DNA from: Octopus vulgaris
Taxonomy: Eukaryota
DNA length: 64,000 bases
Reading direction: 5' to 3'
Assembly (NCBI GenBank): GCA_951406725.2
Contig: OX597819.1
Span: forward strand, 110,794,001-110,858,000
In this document: positions 1 through 11,438 of the stretch, piece by piece
How the letters are laid out: the number at the start of each line of letters is the position of its first letter
Numbering within the stretch: the stretch's first letter is position 1
Notes under the pieces: model-generated
The model's input: only the letters and a program-made list of their open reading frames with translations
Databases searched by the model: none
What the model was told of the DNA's origin: nothing
Program-made: the position numbers and the translations under genes

Positions 1-42
1 TTTCGAAGGAATAAGGGGTGCATTATGCCGCCTTCTCATCAG
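1..42 (-). ncRNA. Hammerhead ribozyme core, truncated by window edge
   Basis: Minus strand reads CUGAUGA-GAAGG-(21 nt)-CCUUC-GAAA: canonical core with a 5-bp helix II. Helix III and the cleavage site lie outside the window. Confidence 0.7.
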
Positions 43-206
43 GAAACACACATATATATATATATATACATATATTAGAGTGTAAATGTAGGAAAATTAT
101 ATCATAAAAATCACAGTACTGTTAAGTTCATAATATAAACCACCTTGTATAAATAGTTAAATATATAAAGTTTAACTATGATCATTTAAAAAGTTTTGAG
201 AGATAT

Positions 207-289
207 TACAATCGTTTCATGAATATACTACCTTTCGAAACAAAATCCAAAGTTGATAACTATTATTAGGAAATGTATTCATGCATCAG
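207..289 (-). ncRNA. Degenerate hammerhead-like motif
   Basis: Minus strand CUGAUG-C-AUGAAUA...UAUUCAU-GAAAC-GAUU-GUA; A9 replaced by C and helix I weak. Confidence 0.45.
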
Positions 290-558
290 AGAAAAGAATG
301 AATTTCAGAGTAGTAAATCGAATGACAGAGAAGCTATCTAAAATCATATGGTAAAGGTGTTGTTTAAAATGCTTTTGGTATAGGTTTATTTTGGTATAAA
401 TTTGTGCTAAGATTTTGAGAAAATAAGATAAATCCATGGTAAAATCCTTTGTAAGAATCCGTAGTGGCTGTGTGTAGATAGACGTCCCATTATTTCTTTT
501 CTCTTCAGTACGTAATCTATAAGTGTTTTTCATTTTTCTTTTTTACTCTTACGTGCAA

Positions 559-760
559 AGTGGCGAACTGGCAGAGTGTTTACCGCACCGGAAATATGCT
601 TAGCGCCATTTCGTCCAATTGTACGCCCTGAGTTGAATGACGCAGGATCAGCTTTACCTTTCATTCTCTCAGCGTCGATAAAATAAGTACCAGTTGAACA
701 CTGGCGTCGAACAATCTACCCCTCCCCTTGAATTTTCGGCCCTGTGCCAAAACCTGAAAC
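559..760 (+). mobile_element. tRNA-derived SINE, family C, diverged
   Basis: A-box-like head GGCGAACTGGCAGAG and core CTTTCATTCTCTCAGCGTCGATAAAATAAGTACCAG, shared with copies at 15.4-16.2, 25.1, 37.6 and 50.8 kb. Confidence 0.7.
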
Positions 761-872
761 CGATATATGTGTACGTCTGTGTGCGTGTACGTCTGTGTGC
801 GTGTACGTGCCTCCGTTTCAATGAAAGAGCGCTCATTTCTACATATATCTTTCTATATTATTTGGATTCATA

Positions 873-1289
873 CTCTTTTATCTTTTACTTGTTTCAGTCA
901 TTTGACTGCGGCCATGCTGGAGCACCGCCTTTAGTTGACCAAATCGACCCCAGGACCTATTCTTTGTAAGCCTCGTACTTATTATATCGGTCTCTTTTGC
1001 CGAACCGCTAAGTTATGAGGACGTAAACACACCAGCACCGGTTGTCAAGTGATGTTGGGGTCGGGGGAACAAACACAGACACACAAATATATACAGACAC
1101 ACACACACACACACACATATATATACAACGGTCTTCTTTTAGTTTCCGCCTACCAAATCTATTCGCAATGCTTTTGTCGATCCGAGGCTATAGTAGAAGA
1201 TACTTGCCCAAGGTGCCATGCAGTGGGAATGAACCCGGAACCATGTGGCTGGTAAGCAAGCTTCTTACCAAAGAGTCAATCCTGCGCCT
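873..1289 (-). mobile_element. tRNA-derived SINE, family A (CORE-like, internal microsatellite)
   Basis: Reverse complement of the full copy at 10849-11268: B box GGTTCATTCCC, ACCTTGGGCAAGT, internal (CA)n/(TA)n, tail CAGTCAAATGACTGAAACAAGTAAAAGA. Confidence 0.85.
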
Positions 1290-1339
1290 ACTAAATAGAA
1301 AAAGTTTCTTCTTCACAACAAAACAGAGCTTCGTCTTGG

Positions 1340-1517
1340 GGCTGTGTGATAAGAAGTTTACTTCCAAACCACATGGTTCCAGGTTCAGTTCCACGGCACG
1401 GATCCTTGGGCAAATGTCTTCTACTATATCCTCGGGCCGACCAAAGCCACGTAATGGGATTTTATAGACAGGAACCGAATAAAGCCTGTCGTATATATAT
1501 GTATATATATATATAGG

Positions 1518-1586
<69 letters not shown>

Positions 1587-1690
1587 CTGTGTGTGTGTGT
1601 GTGTATATGTGTGCTTCTTCGTGTCTGTCTTTCCTTATAGCTTGGCGACTGTAACTTAGCGATTCATCAAAACGAAGCTAAGTACCAGGT
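1340..1690 (+). mobile_element. SINE family A, 3' part degenerate
   Basis: GCTGTGTGATAAGAAG...CCACATGGTTCCAGGTTCAGTTCC...CCTTGGGCAAATGTCTTC followed by (TA)n(TG)n. Confidence 0.8.
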
Positions 1691-1778
1691 AAGTACTGGC
1701 AGGCTGGATTAAGACTCATATATCTCTAAGCACTTCACAGCCTATATATGGTTCTTGCTTTTAATATGTAATGCACAT

Positions 1779-2005
1779 CTTTTATCTTTTCCTTGTTTCT
1801 TTTATCTTCAACTATCACTGGACTGCGACGATGCTAAGACAGCGTCCTGAAAGTATTTTAGTGGAAGTAATCGAACCCGGAACCTTTATGTAAATGTCTG
1901 TTATGGTACTGATTGTGTCGGTTTCTTCAGCGGAACTAAAAAATGACCGAGGCCCAAACGAGCCAATACCGATTTTCAAGTGGGTTGGGGACAGAAGACA
2001 CACAT
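1779..2005 (-). mobile_element. SINE family A, 3' half, old copy
   Basis: Degenerate match to the family A tail (GACTGCGACGATGCTAAG, AATCGAACCCGGAACC, GGGGACAGAAGACAC). Confidence 0.55.
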
Positions 2006-2040
2006 AATGGCACGCGCACACACACACACGCACGTACGCA

Positions 2041-2089
<49 letters not shown>

Positions 2090-2126
2090 GTACGCACGCA
2101 CGCACACACACACGCACGTACGCACG

Positions 2127-2173
<47 letters not shown>

Positions 2174-2361
2174 GTTCAGAGATATGAATATATGTCGTTC
2201 AATGTTCGAAATGAGGAGATTAGAAAGACAACCGACAACTGATGAAGAGTCCTTCTTTATCTTACTTGTCCTGTTTTCCATTTGTTTCTCTCGTTGTTTG
2301 CTTATTGAAATCATTTGTTTTCGTATTTCATGTTGTTTACTGTTGGTGAGGTCCTGTACCC

Positions 2362-2394
<33 letters not shown>

Positions 2395-2509
2395 TGTATG
2401 TATGTATGTATGTATGTATGTATGTATGTATGTTTGTATGTATATATATATATATTTCGATCTTGAAAGGATGGACTTGGTGCTAACTTAACTGTATCTA
2501 TTTTTATTA

Positions 2510-2570
<61 letters not shown>

Positions 2571-2910
2571 ATTAATAGTAATTTTTATTAACTTTTATAG
2601 CTTTAGAATTTTATGAACTGTACCATGGTTTTAATTATTATTTTTCATCTCCATATGTGTTAGCTTTTTTTTATAAAAAAAACTATTAGCCAAATATGTA
2701 TAATATCGGTACTTATTAATATTAATATATACACTGTTATATATTTTGTTTTATTTTGTTCTGTTTACCTTCCTTTTTTTGTACAAATGTGTATTATATT
2801 ATATAAGTGTAGCATTATGATGTATAAGTTTTTATATTTTACATTTTTATATTTTTATATTTATATGTATATGATTATATAATATTTTTCACTATTATAA
2901 CAAATTTAAT

Positions 2911-3030
2911 TTAATTCTCTGAAGAGGCCGTGGGGCATCCTTGTTAATGCCTCATTTATACCTGCCTTTATGGCTTATAGGTTAAATGAGGTATGACTGC
3001 CCTCACTGCCGAAACAGCTGTCAGTTTTGA
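2911..3030 (+). ncRNA. Type-I hammerhead ribozyme with long helix II (Penelope-like remnant)
   Basis: CUGAAGA at 2919-2925; helix II GGC.GUGGGGCA...UGCCUCAUUUA...UAAAUGAGGUA...UGCCCUCAC.GCC; GAAAC at 3011-3015; palindromic AGCU; GUC cleavage triplet at 3020-3022. Confidence 0.8.
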
Positions 3031-3220
3031 TTTATTTGCATATTATATTTAAAATTTTTTACTTATATCTCTTTATCTTTTTACTATTACTGTATATCTC
3101 ATTTCATTTTATATATTGCCTTTACTCATATGTAATGGTGTATTAAAGTATGGATTGAGTATCATCGGATAGTTGATGTTTTACTGATTTAAGTATATTT
3201 CTCCATTCTCTAATTTTGTA

Positions 3221-3269
<49 letters not shown>

Positions 3270-4255
3270 TATATATATAGAGGGAGATACATATTATATA
3301 TATATATATGTATAATTATTATTTGAGGGAATATTAATCCCAACTTACAGGGAAAAAATTCAATTTAGAAATACTAAATCAAATTTCACACAATATAATA
3401 TATTATATAGTTAGTTTATTTAATGAGTTTGTCTATATTTGAACCATTTCTTATTTTGATTACAATATTAATGACTAGTACTAGCATTGTGTATATTATT
3501 ATTATTTTTTTTTTTACAATTTACTTAATCATCGGTATTTTATTGTTATTTCAATTTTATTATTTCTATTATATGTAATTTTCTAGATGAGGTAATTTAA
3601 TTGTTCATTTTGAATTGATAAAAGGTAGGTTTTTCTAAATTATATATATATATATATATTTATATATAAAATACAAAATGGGCCAACAAAACATCCAGAT
3701 AGACGACAAAAAGAAAACAAGCACGGGTCATTCGGAGTTTTCTTTCCTCTGTTGAGTTTCAGATTATCTTTGCAATTTCGGTTGGTTATTTATATCCAGT
3801 TTAAATTTACGGTACAACAAGCAGTTGTATTTGTTTTATGATGGAGAAGAATGGAATAGTTTTTGACTTTTCGAGCCTACGCTCTTCGACAGAAAGGGTT
3901 GGGAGTCAAAAGAATGGAGGGAGAAGGGAAAAAACAGAGAACAAAAATGTGTATGGATTATACTTATACATATATACGTGTGTGTGTGGTGGTGGTGGTG
4001 GGGGGGCTGGGTGTATATATGTATAAATATGTATTTATATATATAATACATATATAGATATGCACCGGTTTCGACGGTTGTATTTTAAATCATTGTCACA
4101 AAAATATTAAACATTCTCTAATAAATGTGTGTGTGTGTGTGTCTGCGTGCGGGCGCGCGTGTAATACCTATATATATATATATTATATATATATAATGCA
4201 CACACACATATATACATATATATATATATATATATATGTATTATATATATTAAAA

Positions 4256-4596
4256 GGGTAAAGACCCCCTTCGGTCATGAATGACCATGGGATTGCACCT
4301 AGAAAGTTACCCTCCTAGACACAAGTCCGGGCAAGGTTGTTTATGGAAGACCAGCAGTCGCCCATGCATACCAGCCTCCCCTCTCCATGCCACTAGTGTT
4401 CTTCAAGGGAAAGACAAAGGTCGATACAGCTTGGCACCAGTGACGTCGCAACTCATTTCTACAGCTGAGTGAACTGGAGCAACGTGAAATAAAGTGCTTT
4501 GCTCAAGAACACAAAACGCAGCCCGGTCCGGGATTCGAGCTCACAACCTCACGATCGTAAGCTCGACGCTCTAACCACTGAGCCATGCGCCTTCAC
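4256..4596 (-). mobile_element. tRNA-derived SINE, family B1, inserted in (TA)n
   Basis: Minus-strand head GAAGGCGCATGGCTCAGTGGTTAGAGCG...GAGCTCGAATCCCGG and core TTCTTGAGCAAAGCACTTTATTTCACGTTGCTCCAG. Second copy at 21745-22065. Confidence 0.85.
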
Positions 4597-4609
4597 TTAT
4601 ATATATATG

Positions 4610-4644
<35 letters not shown>

Positions 4645-4702
4645 ACATATATATATGTAATATAAGTATATATCTATGATACATATATATATATTACATA
4701 TA

Positions 4703-4929
4703 TTCTTTTATTCTTCTATTTGTTGCAGTCATTTGACTGTGGCCATGCTGGAGCACCGCCTTTAGTCGAACAAATCGACCCCAGGTCTTATTCTTTGTTA
4801 GCTTAGCCTAGTACTTATTCTATCGGCCTCTTTTGCCTAACCGCTAAGTTACGTGGAGGTAAACACACCAAAATCGATTGTCAAGCGATGGTGGGGAGGC
4901 AAACAGACACAAAAACGCACACACACACG

Positions 4930-4960
<31 letters not shown>

Positions 4961-5066
4961 TGGCATATACACATAAATGAGGAGCATCTTTCAGTTTCCG
5001 TCAACCAAATCCACTCACACGATGCCGTGCAGTGCGACTGAACCCGGAACTATGTGGTTGGTAAAC
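4703..5066 (-). mobile_element. SINE family A with internal deletion
   Basis: CAGTCATTTGACTGTGGCCATGCTGGAGCACCGCC...(CA)n...GACTGAACCCGGAACTATGTGG. Confidence 0.8.
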
Positions 5067-5069
5067 CAG

Positions 5070-5136
<67 letters not shown>

Positions 5137-5358
5137 TATAGTCAAGACTATTGAAAAGTTTGCAACACGCAATGAAAATCTTAGGAAAATAAAAATAAGA
5201 AATGAGTGGAAATTTTACCGGTGAGTGTGTCACATTATAAGGCACAAAAAGAAAATGACTCTCCCCAGACACAACAGAATATGCTTCAACACAAGAACTC
5301 ATATAAAGAATCTTGCAAACCAAATCCCAAAACGAAATATATAAATATATATATACAC

Positions 5359-5389
<31 letters not shown>

Positions 5390-6397
5390 TGTATGTATGT
5401 ATGTATGTATGTATGTATGTATGTATGTATGTATTTATGTATGTATGTATGTATGTATGTATGTATGTATGTATGTATGTATGTATGTATGCATGTATGT
5501 ATGTATATATGTATGTACGTATGTATGTATATACAGATGTATATATATATATGTATATATATATATGTATATATATACATATATGTATATATATATATAT
5601 ATATACATACACACATATATATTTACATGTGTGTATGTATTGTGTTTATGTTAGTGAGAATGCGTTAATGTGTATGCGCACGTGTATGTGTATATGCACG
5701 ACAGTTTGTGTCTAATTTATGTACGATTTTAGAATTTGATACGTAAAAGTGTCATCTGAGTCAGAATGTATCTAGTTTATATCTGCCCAAAATGTGCTGA
5801 AGTATGAATACTTTCACATACACACAGGCACGCACGCACACACACAGACCCACGCACATAACTATATATGTATATATACCATATATATATATATATACAA
5901 ACTCATATACAGACACGCATACATACATATTATACACACATGCATACATACATAGATACGTACATACATACACACATACGTATTCGTATCGGACCTCGTA
6001 TTTCGTGATCACCTGGAGACACGATGGCTATGTACACACACACACACACACACTCACGCACACATACACACGTGTGCATATATGTATATATTCCTCTGTG
6101 AGCGCATATATGTAAGCATTAATATACTAAATATGTATGTAAATACATATATATGTATGTGTGTGTGTGTGTGATATTATTTATATATATATATCGATAG
6201 TTAGATGTATAGATATATAAAAAGATAGATAGTGAGAGAGAGAAAGAGGGAGAGAAAAGCGAGAGTGAGTGAGCAAAGTACGCATGCTTATATATGCAGC
6301 CCACATATACATACATATTCATGTACATACATATACATGTGTACGTACTTTAATAATAGATATTTCACACACAAACATATATACGTATATATAGATA

Positions 6398-6446
<49 letters not shown>

Positions 6447-6493
6447 TATATACATATATATATATATATATATATACATACATATATTTATAA

Positions 6494-6537
<44 letters not shown>

Positions 6538-6538
6538 G

Positions 6539-6580
<42 letters not shown>

Positions 6581-7221
6581 TGCATACATATATATATATA
6601 TACATATATATATACATATATATGTATGTATGTATATATATATATACATACATATATATATATACATATATATATATACATACATACATACATACATGTA
6701 TGTATAAATATATATATACACATATATGCATATATATGCATATATGCACACATATATATATACATAAACACATCCACAAGTACTCGTGTGCGCGCATCTA
6801 CACATCCTGACTCACGTATCTATATATGTTTCGCTTGTATAATTGTGCCCATGTGTGTGTGTGTGTGTGTGTGTGCATTGTATGTATGCGTCTCTATTGT
6901 TAAACTAAAAGCTGATAATGAATTTTAAATTTCTTCATCTATTTCTGTGAAGAGATTATTTATAGAATCACGTGACACCTATTCTTTGTGTTTATTTTGC
7001 TTTAACAATGTTTAACGTTGTTGTTTGACTGGGAATTTAATGGAAGAATATATTTCCTTAATTACAGCATTTGTGCGATTAGATGAGCGCGAATATGCGC
7101 ATGCGCACCCGTGTACGTGTCATTTACTCAGGTTCTTTCTAGTATGTCGTGTGTATGAAATCACAAGCGTATACGTACGAGAAATGAGAGAGCGAGTCAA
7201 GGAGTGATCGTGAGAGATAAG

Positions 7222-7243
7222 TGAGAAGGATAGATAGACAGAC

Positions 7244-7322
<79 letters not shown>

Positions 7323-7328
7323 CAGATA
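7222..7328. repeat. (GATA)n microsatellite abutting the Tx1 3' end
   Basis: Direct reading. Confidence 0.95.
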
Positions 7329-10175
7329 AGTTTCTTTATTGGCCACACAGGGCTGCACACAGATGGGACAAGTTACAAGGTAGAGCTTTTCTTTTGGGGG
7401 ATGAAGAGAACAAAAAACAAAAGAAAAAAAAAAGGGGTGGCGTAGGTTTTCGATCAAGAGGGATCGTAAAAGGGAAGAAAAGAACAAAAACAAAAAAAGA
7501 AAAAATTGAATAAAATGAAAAGAATAAAAAGAAAAAAGAAGGAAAGGAAAAGGAACAAAAGGAAAGAGAAATGAAAAAAAGAAAGAAAAACGGGAAAAAA
7601 AGGGGGAGAGGAAAAAAAAAGAACGATCAATAGGGATCGTGTATCACAGTGTTGTGATATTTGGTGTAAAGGGGAAAGCAAGTAAGGTTTATCCGTGGGA
7701 AGAAAAGCCTACGAAAAAGACCACGGTAACCTTGGTCAATATTGTTATATGTTACCACATTTGTTTGCAAGTGGGTAACCCTCTGTTTTCAATTTCTGGG
7801 TTCATAGGATTATGCTCAAGGTGGCTTCGTCATTCATACGTGCCATCCTTGCTACATTCACCCATCTTTTTTTAAAACATTCACTAGACAAAACTTGCCT
7901 CTCTACTCTCACTTTCCTTTTCAAGTGGTACTTGAAGAAGTTGATGAGAGATTGACCAGAGAGGAAAGTGTTTGTCTCCAATCCTTTCAGACGCGTCCAC
8001 CAGATACATTCTTTCGCCATAGCCACAAGGATGATGAAAATAGCTCTTCCTTCCCGTTTGAAGGAAGGAGGCGTGACAATATTGACGATTGACTCAGCTG
8101 ATAAACCGACTCGTCCCACACGTGACAGCAGTTGTTCGACATAAGCCCACAGGTCGGAAATTGTTGGACACTGCACGAGTGCGTGCAGAACGGTTTCGTC
8201 GCTCTGACAGCATCTCGGGCAGGTCGGCCCCGTCTTTCTCGAGCCGTGTCTGTAGAGCTTATCCCGAACGGGTAGCGTTTCTCGGTAGCACTGCCAGGCC
8301 AGGGATCTCTGGAAGTTGTCCATGGGCCCTGGCCCGAAAGTCATCCTGAACAGGCGGGTCAGGTACTCCTCGTCGACGTCCAGGTTCGCCCCGAGCTCGT
8401 CGTCGTACCTCCCCTCCACTAATCCCCTATAGAATGCTTTGGTTGTGTTGAAGTCACTCAAGGTCGACCCGGGACGGCAGAGTTGCTTGAGAGCAACGCG
8501 ACACTCGCGGTGCCAATCGCCCTTCCTCGGCCTCTTTTTGATCCACGACTGCAGTTCGGTCATGGAGACGAGCTGCGGGAAAGCGTGCCTCACAAACGGC
8601 GACCACACCTGTTCACCGTCGTCTACGTCCAGCCAGAGATGTCGCAGTCTCAGCGCGTGTCTGCGCATCATCAACCACGGCATGCCCAGTCCTCCTTTTA
8701 GCGGGTGTTGACAGCAAATGGATCGCCTCACCATCGGGACGGATCCTTTCCACAAGAAGCGAAAGAGAATGTGTTGTAGTTTGGTGATGGTAGGGTCGGG
8801 ACAAGGTACGACGGTCAGGCGGTAGTAGATGACGGACGCGATGTACGTGTTCGCCACCTCCGCCCGACCTTTTAGGGACAGTTTCCTCTCGGCCCATTGC
8901 CGGGCGAGAGTGACCACCCTACTCGTTATCTCGTTCCAGTTCTTCTCCACTTGGAGGTCCGGACCAAACCAGACCCCGAGCAACTCAACCGGGCCGTCGG
9001 TCCAGCGTCCCACGACGGAGGCGCTGGTGGACGGCATGGGCTTGCTTCTCCAGGTGCCGAGTCGCAAGCCCACTGACTTTTCCCGGTTTATTTTCGCTCC
9101 TGTCACCGCTTCGTAGTTTTTCAGTGTCTCGCCGACCTGCTCGATGTGCTCGTGGCTAGACACTATGACGGTGACGTCGTCCGCGTATGCAGACACGCTC
9201 GTCCCGCATCCCAGTTCTCGCGGGATGCCCCTCAAAGTTGCCAGCTTCCGCAATAATGGCTCGAGAGTCAATACGTATAGAAGTGACGAGAGGGGGCATC
9301 CCTGACGGACCGAACGTGCGATGTCGAAGGGTCTCGATAGATGTCCATTCACGCGAATTACCGAACGGATGCCTCTGTACAAAGCGGCTATCCAGCCGCG
9401 GAAGACGGGACCGAAGCCTGCCGCTCTGAGGACCGCCTCCAAGTATCGATGGTCTACCCTATCGAAAGCTTTCGATTGATTCAAATTGATCAGCGCCCCA
9501 CCCATGCCAGGTTCGTTAACTACCCTGTCTATGATGTAGCGCATCAGGTGGAGGTTGTCATGGATGGTCCGGCCCGGCACGGCGCATGTTTGCGCCCTAT
9601 CGACCAGTTTCTCGATGACAAGCGCCAACCTCTTGGCTAGCACCTTGGCCAAAATTTTCAAGTCTGCATTAAGCAGAGTGATGGGCCTAAAGTTATCTAT
9701 TACATTTCCCTTGTTTAGATCTTTCTTCAGCAGTGTTACGGCTCTTCGGCTCACAAAACCAGGAATGCTCCCGTTTTGCTGCCAGTTGCAGTACACCGCC
9801 GCCAAGAGATCTCCAAACAAGTCTGGCATACAATTGTAAAGCTCGTAGGGTAGACCATCCAAACCCGGTGATTTGTCCCTCGAGCATTCTGCCATCGCCT
9901 CCTGCACTTCCGCCGCCGTGATGGCACCTTCGCAGCACCCTGCCTTTCTTGTCGAGAGTCGTGGTAGGCTATGTAGGTAGGCATTGAAGTCCACCCTACG
10001 TTCTTGCCCTCCACTCGTCCCGAACAGTCGGGCAAAATGCTGCTGAAAGGCCTCACACATTTTACTTGGCTCGAGCAATTCGCGTCCCTGTTCATCTACC
10101 AGGGACCGAATGGTGGCTTTGTTGCCCTGTTGCGCCTCTGCCACCCGGGCCTCTCTCGCGGCTCCAACACCTTCG
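7329..10175 (-). mobile_element. 5'-truncated non-LTR retrotransposon, Tx1/L1 group
   Basis: Contains the RT ORF and a ~470-bp pyrimidine-rich 3' UTR ending AATAAAGAAACT directly on (TATC)n. The same 3' end recurs at 26291-26567. Confidence 0.9.
7802..10144 (-). CDS. ORF2 fragment: reverse transcriptase plus C-terminal CCHC zinc knuckle (endonuclease lost by 5' truncation)
   Basis: [56 protein letters not shown]...ETVLHALVQC. 780 codons without a stop; the frame stays open upstream to ~10175, so the listed start is not a true start. Confidence 0.93.
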   Translation of the reverse strand: MAEAQQGNKATIRSLVDEQGRELLEPSKMCEAFQQHFARLFGTSGGQERRVDFNAYLHSLPRLSTRKAGCCEGAITAAEVQEAMAECSRDKSPGLDGLPYELYNCMPDLFGDLLAAVYCNWQQNGSIPGFVSRRAVTLLKKDLNKGNVIDNFRPITLLNADLKILAKVLAKRLALVIEKLVDRAQTCAVPGRTIHDNLHLMRYIIDRVVNEPGMGGALINLNQSKAFDRVDHRYLEAVLRAAGFGPVFRGWIAALYRGIRSVIRVNGHLSRPFDIARSVRQGCPLSSLLYVLTLEPLLRKLATLRGIPRELGCGTSVSAYADDVTVIVSSHEHIEQVGETLKNYEAVTGAKINREKSVGLRLGTWRSKPMPSTSASVVGRWTDGPVELLGVWFGPDLQVEKNWNEITSRVVTLARQWAERKLSLKGRAEVANTYIASVIYYRLTVVPCPDPTITKLQHILFRFLWKGSVPMVRRSICCQHPLKGGLGMPWLMMRRHALRLRHLWLDVDDGEQVWSPFVRHAFPQLVSMTELQSWIKKRPRKGDWHRECRVALKQLCRPGSTLSDFNTTKAFYRGLVEGRYDDELGANLDVDEEYLTRLFRMTFGPGPMDNFQRSLAWQCYRETLPVRDKLYRHGSRKTGPTCPRCCQSDETVLHALVQCPTISDLWAYVEQLLSRVGRVGLSAESIVNIVTPPSFKREGRAIFIILVAMAKECIWWTRLKGLETNTFLSGQSLINFFKYHLKRKVRVERQVLSSECFKKRWVNVARMARMNDEATLSIIL

Positions 10176-10269
10176 GAAAGAAAGGGTAGGAGGGAAAGGG
10201 AGGGACGGAGTTGAAGGTGAGAAGGGACATGGAGAAATGGGGGAGACAGAAAAATAAAGGGAAAATATA

Positions 10270-10666
10270 TCTTTATATATAAAAGTCAAGTTGTGTGTCT
10301 GTCTCCTACGATTTAGATTCCTAACTACTCCCACATTTTGCGGTGCAGTTTAACCAAAACCGGGTATCTTATAGTCGTGATTCATATCGAGCCCTTCTGG
10401 GTATTAGCGCGCATCTACGATGAGTCTACGATTTAAAAAAAAATTTACCATCATTTTTTTCCATTTTAATGCATTTTTTCGCTATTATATAAGGAAAGTA
10501 ACTCTCTGAAAATGTCTACGATGAGTCAACGATTTAAAAAAAAATTACCATCATTTTTATTCCATTTTTAATGCACTTTTTTTCTATTTTTTTGCTATAA
10601 CTCTCTAAAAATGCTTATATAGTTATTTCCCTTACAAACCCGAGCAACGCCGGGCGATACTGCTAG
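10270..10666 (+). mobile_element. Non-autonomous Helitron
   Basis: 5' TC (10270) followed by TTTATATATAAAAG; subterminal hairpin CCCGAGCAACGCCGGG (10639-10654); 3' CTAG (10663-10666); inserted between A and T with no TSD; internal ~100-bp tandem duplication. Confidence 0.85.
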
Positions 10667-10848
10667 TATAACATAAAACTAACATAGACTGAGAAAAACG
10701 TAAATAAAGAGGGAGAGCCTAAGTGTTATACTAAAGACATTTTCAGGGGAGATTATAAATACGGTTGTAAAATACCTTTTTGAAATTTCATGTCTCAGCA
10801 ATTTTTGAACACCAGACTATTCCATACAAGTCTAAATTCTTATCTTAT

Positions 10849-11020
10849 AGGCGCAGGAGTGGCTGTGTGGTAAGTAGCTTGCTTACCAACCACATGGTTC
10901 CGGGTTCAGTCCCACTGCGAGCCACCTTGGGCAAGTGTCTTCTACTATAGCCTCGGGCCGACCAAGGCCTTGTAAGTGGATTTGGTAGACGAAAACTGAA
11001 AGAAGCCCGTCGTATATATA

Positions 11021-11078
<58 letters not shown>

Positions 11079-11268
11079 CGTTTGTGTGTCTGTGTTTGTC
11101 CCCCAACATCGCTTCACAACCGATACTGGTGTGTTTACATCCCCATAACTTAGCGTTTCGGCACAAGTGTCTTACAAAGAATAAGTCCTGGTGTCTATTT
11201 GCTCGAGTAAAGGCGGTGCTCCAGCATAGCCACAGTCAAATGACTGAAACAAGTAAAAGAGTAAAAGA
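10849..11268 (+). mobile_element. SINE family A, near full length
   Basis: AGGCGCAGGAGTGGCTGTGTGGTAAG (A box), GGGTTCAGTCCC (B box), ACCTTGGGCAAGTGTC (CORE-like), internal (TG)n, tail GTAAAAGAGTAAAAGA. Confidence 0.9.
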
Positions 11269-11438
11269 GAAAAAGTATACAATGTATTTTATACAAAAAT
11301 TCTCACGTCAACATGGACGCCATATACAAGGTGCATTCCAGAAGATTCGTGATTGTTTTCAAGTGAGACATTTATCAATGTCAAAGAATTACCAAACTCT
11401 AATCTCCTTCAAAGTAGGATCTTCTGATTTTGCTGCAC

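Noticed and set aside
2230-2360. CTGATGAAGAG as a hammerhead start
   Set aside because: No helix II partner followed by GAAA could be found.
5206-6928. Long ORFs of YI/CV/HT/MYVC repeats here and throughout the window
   Set aside because: Translations of stop-free (TA)n, (CA)n and (TATG)n microsatellites, open in many frames on both strands.
10849-10920. tRNA-like A/B boxes here and at other SINE heads as tRNA genes
   Set aside because: No acceptor stem or full cloverleaf, and each continues into SINE body sequence.
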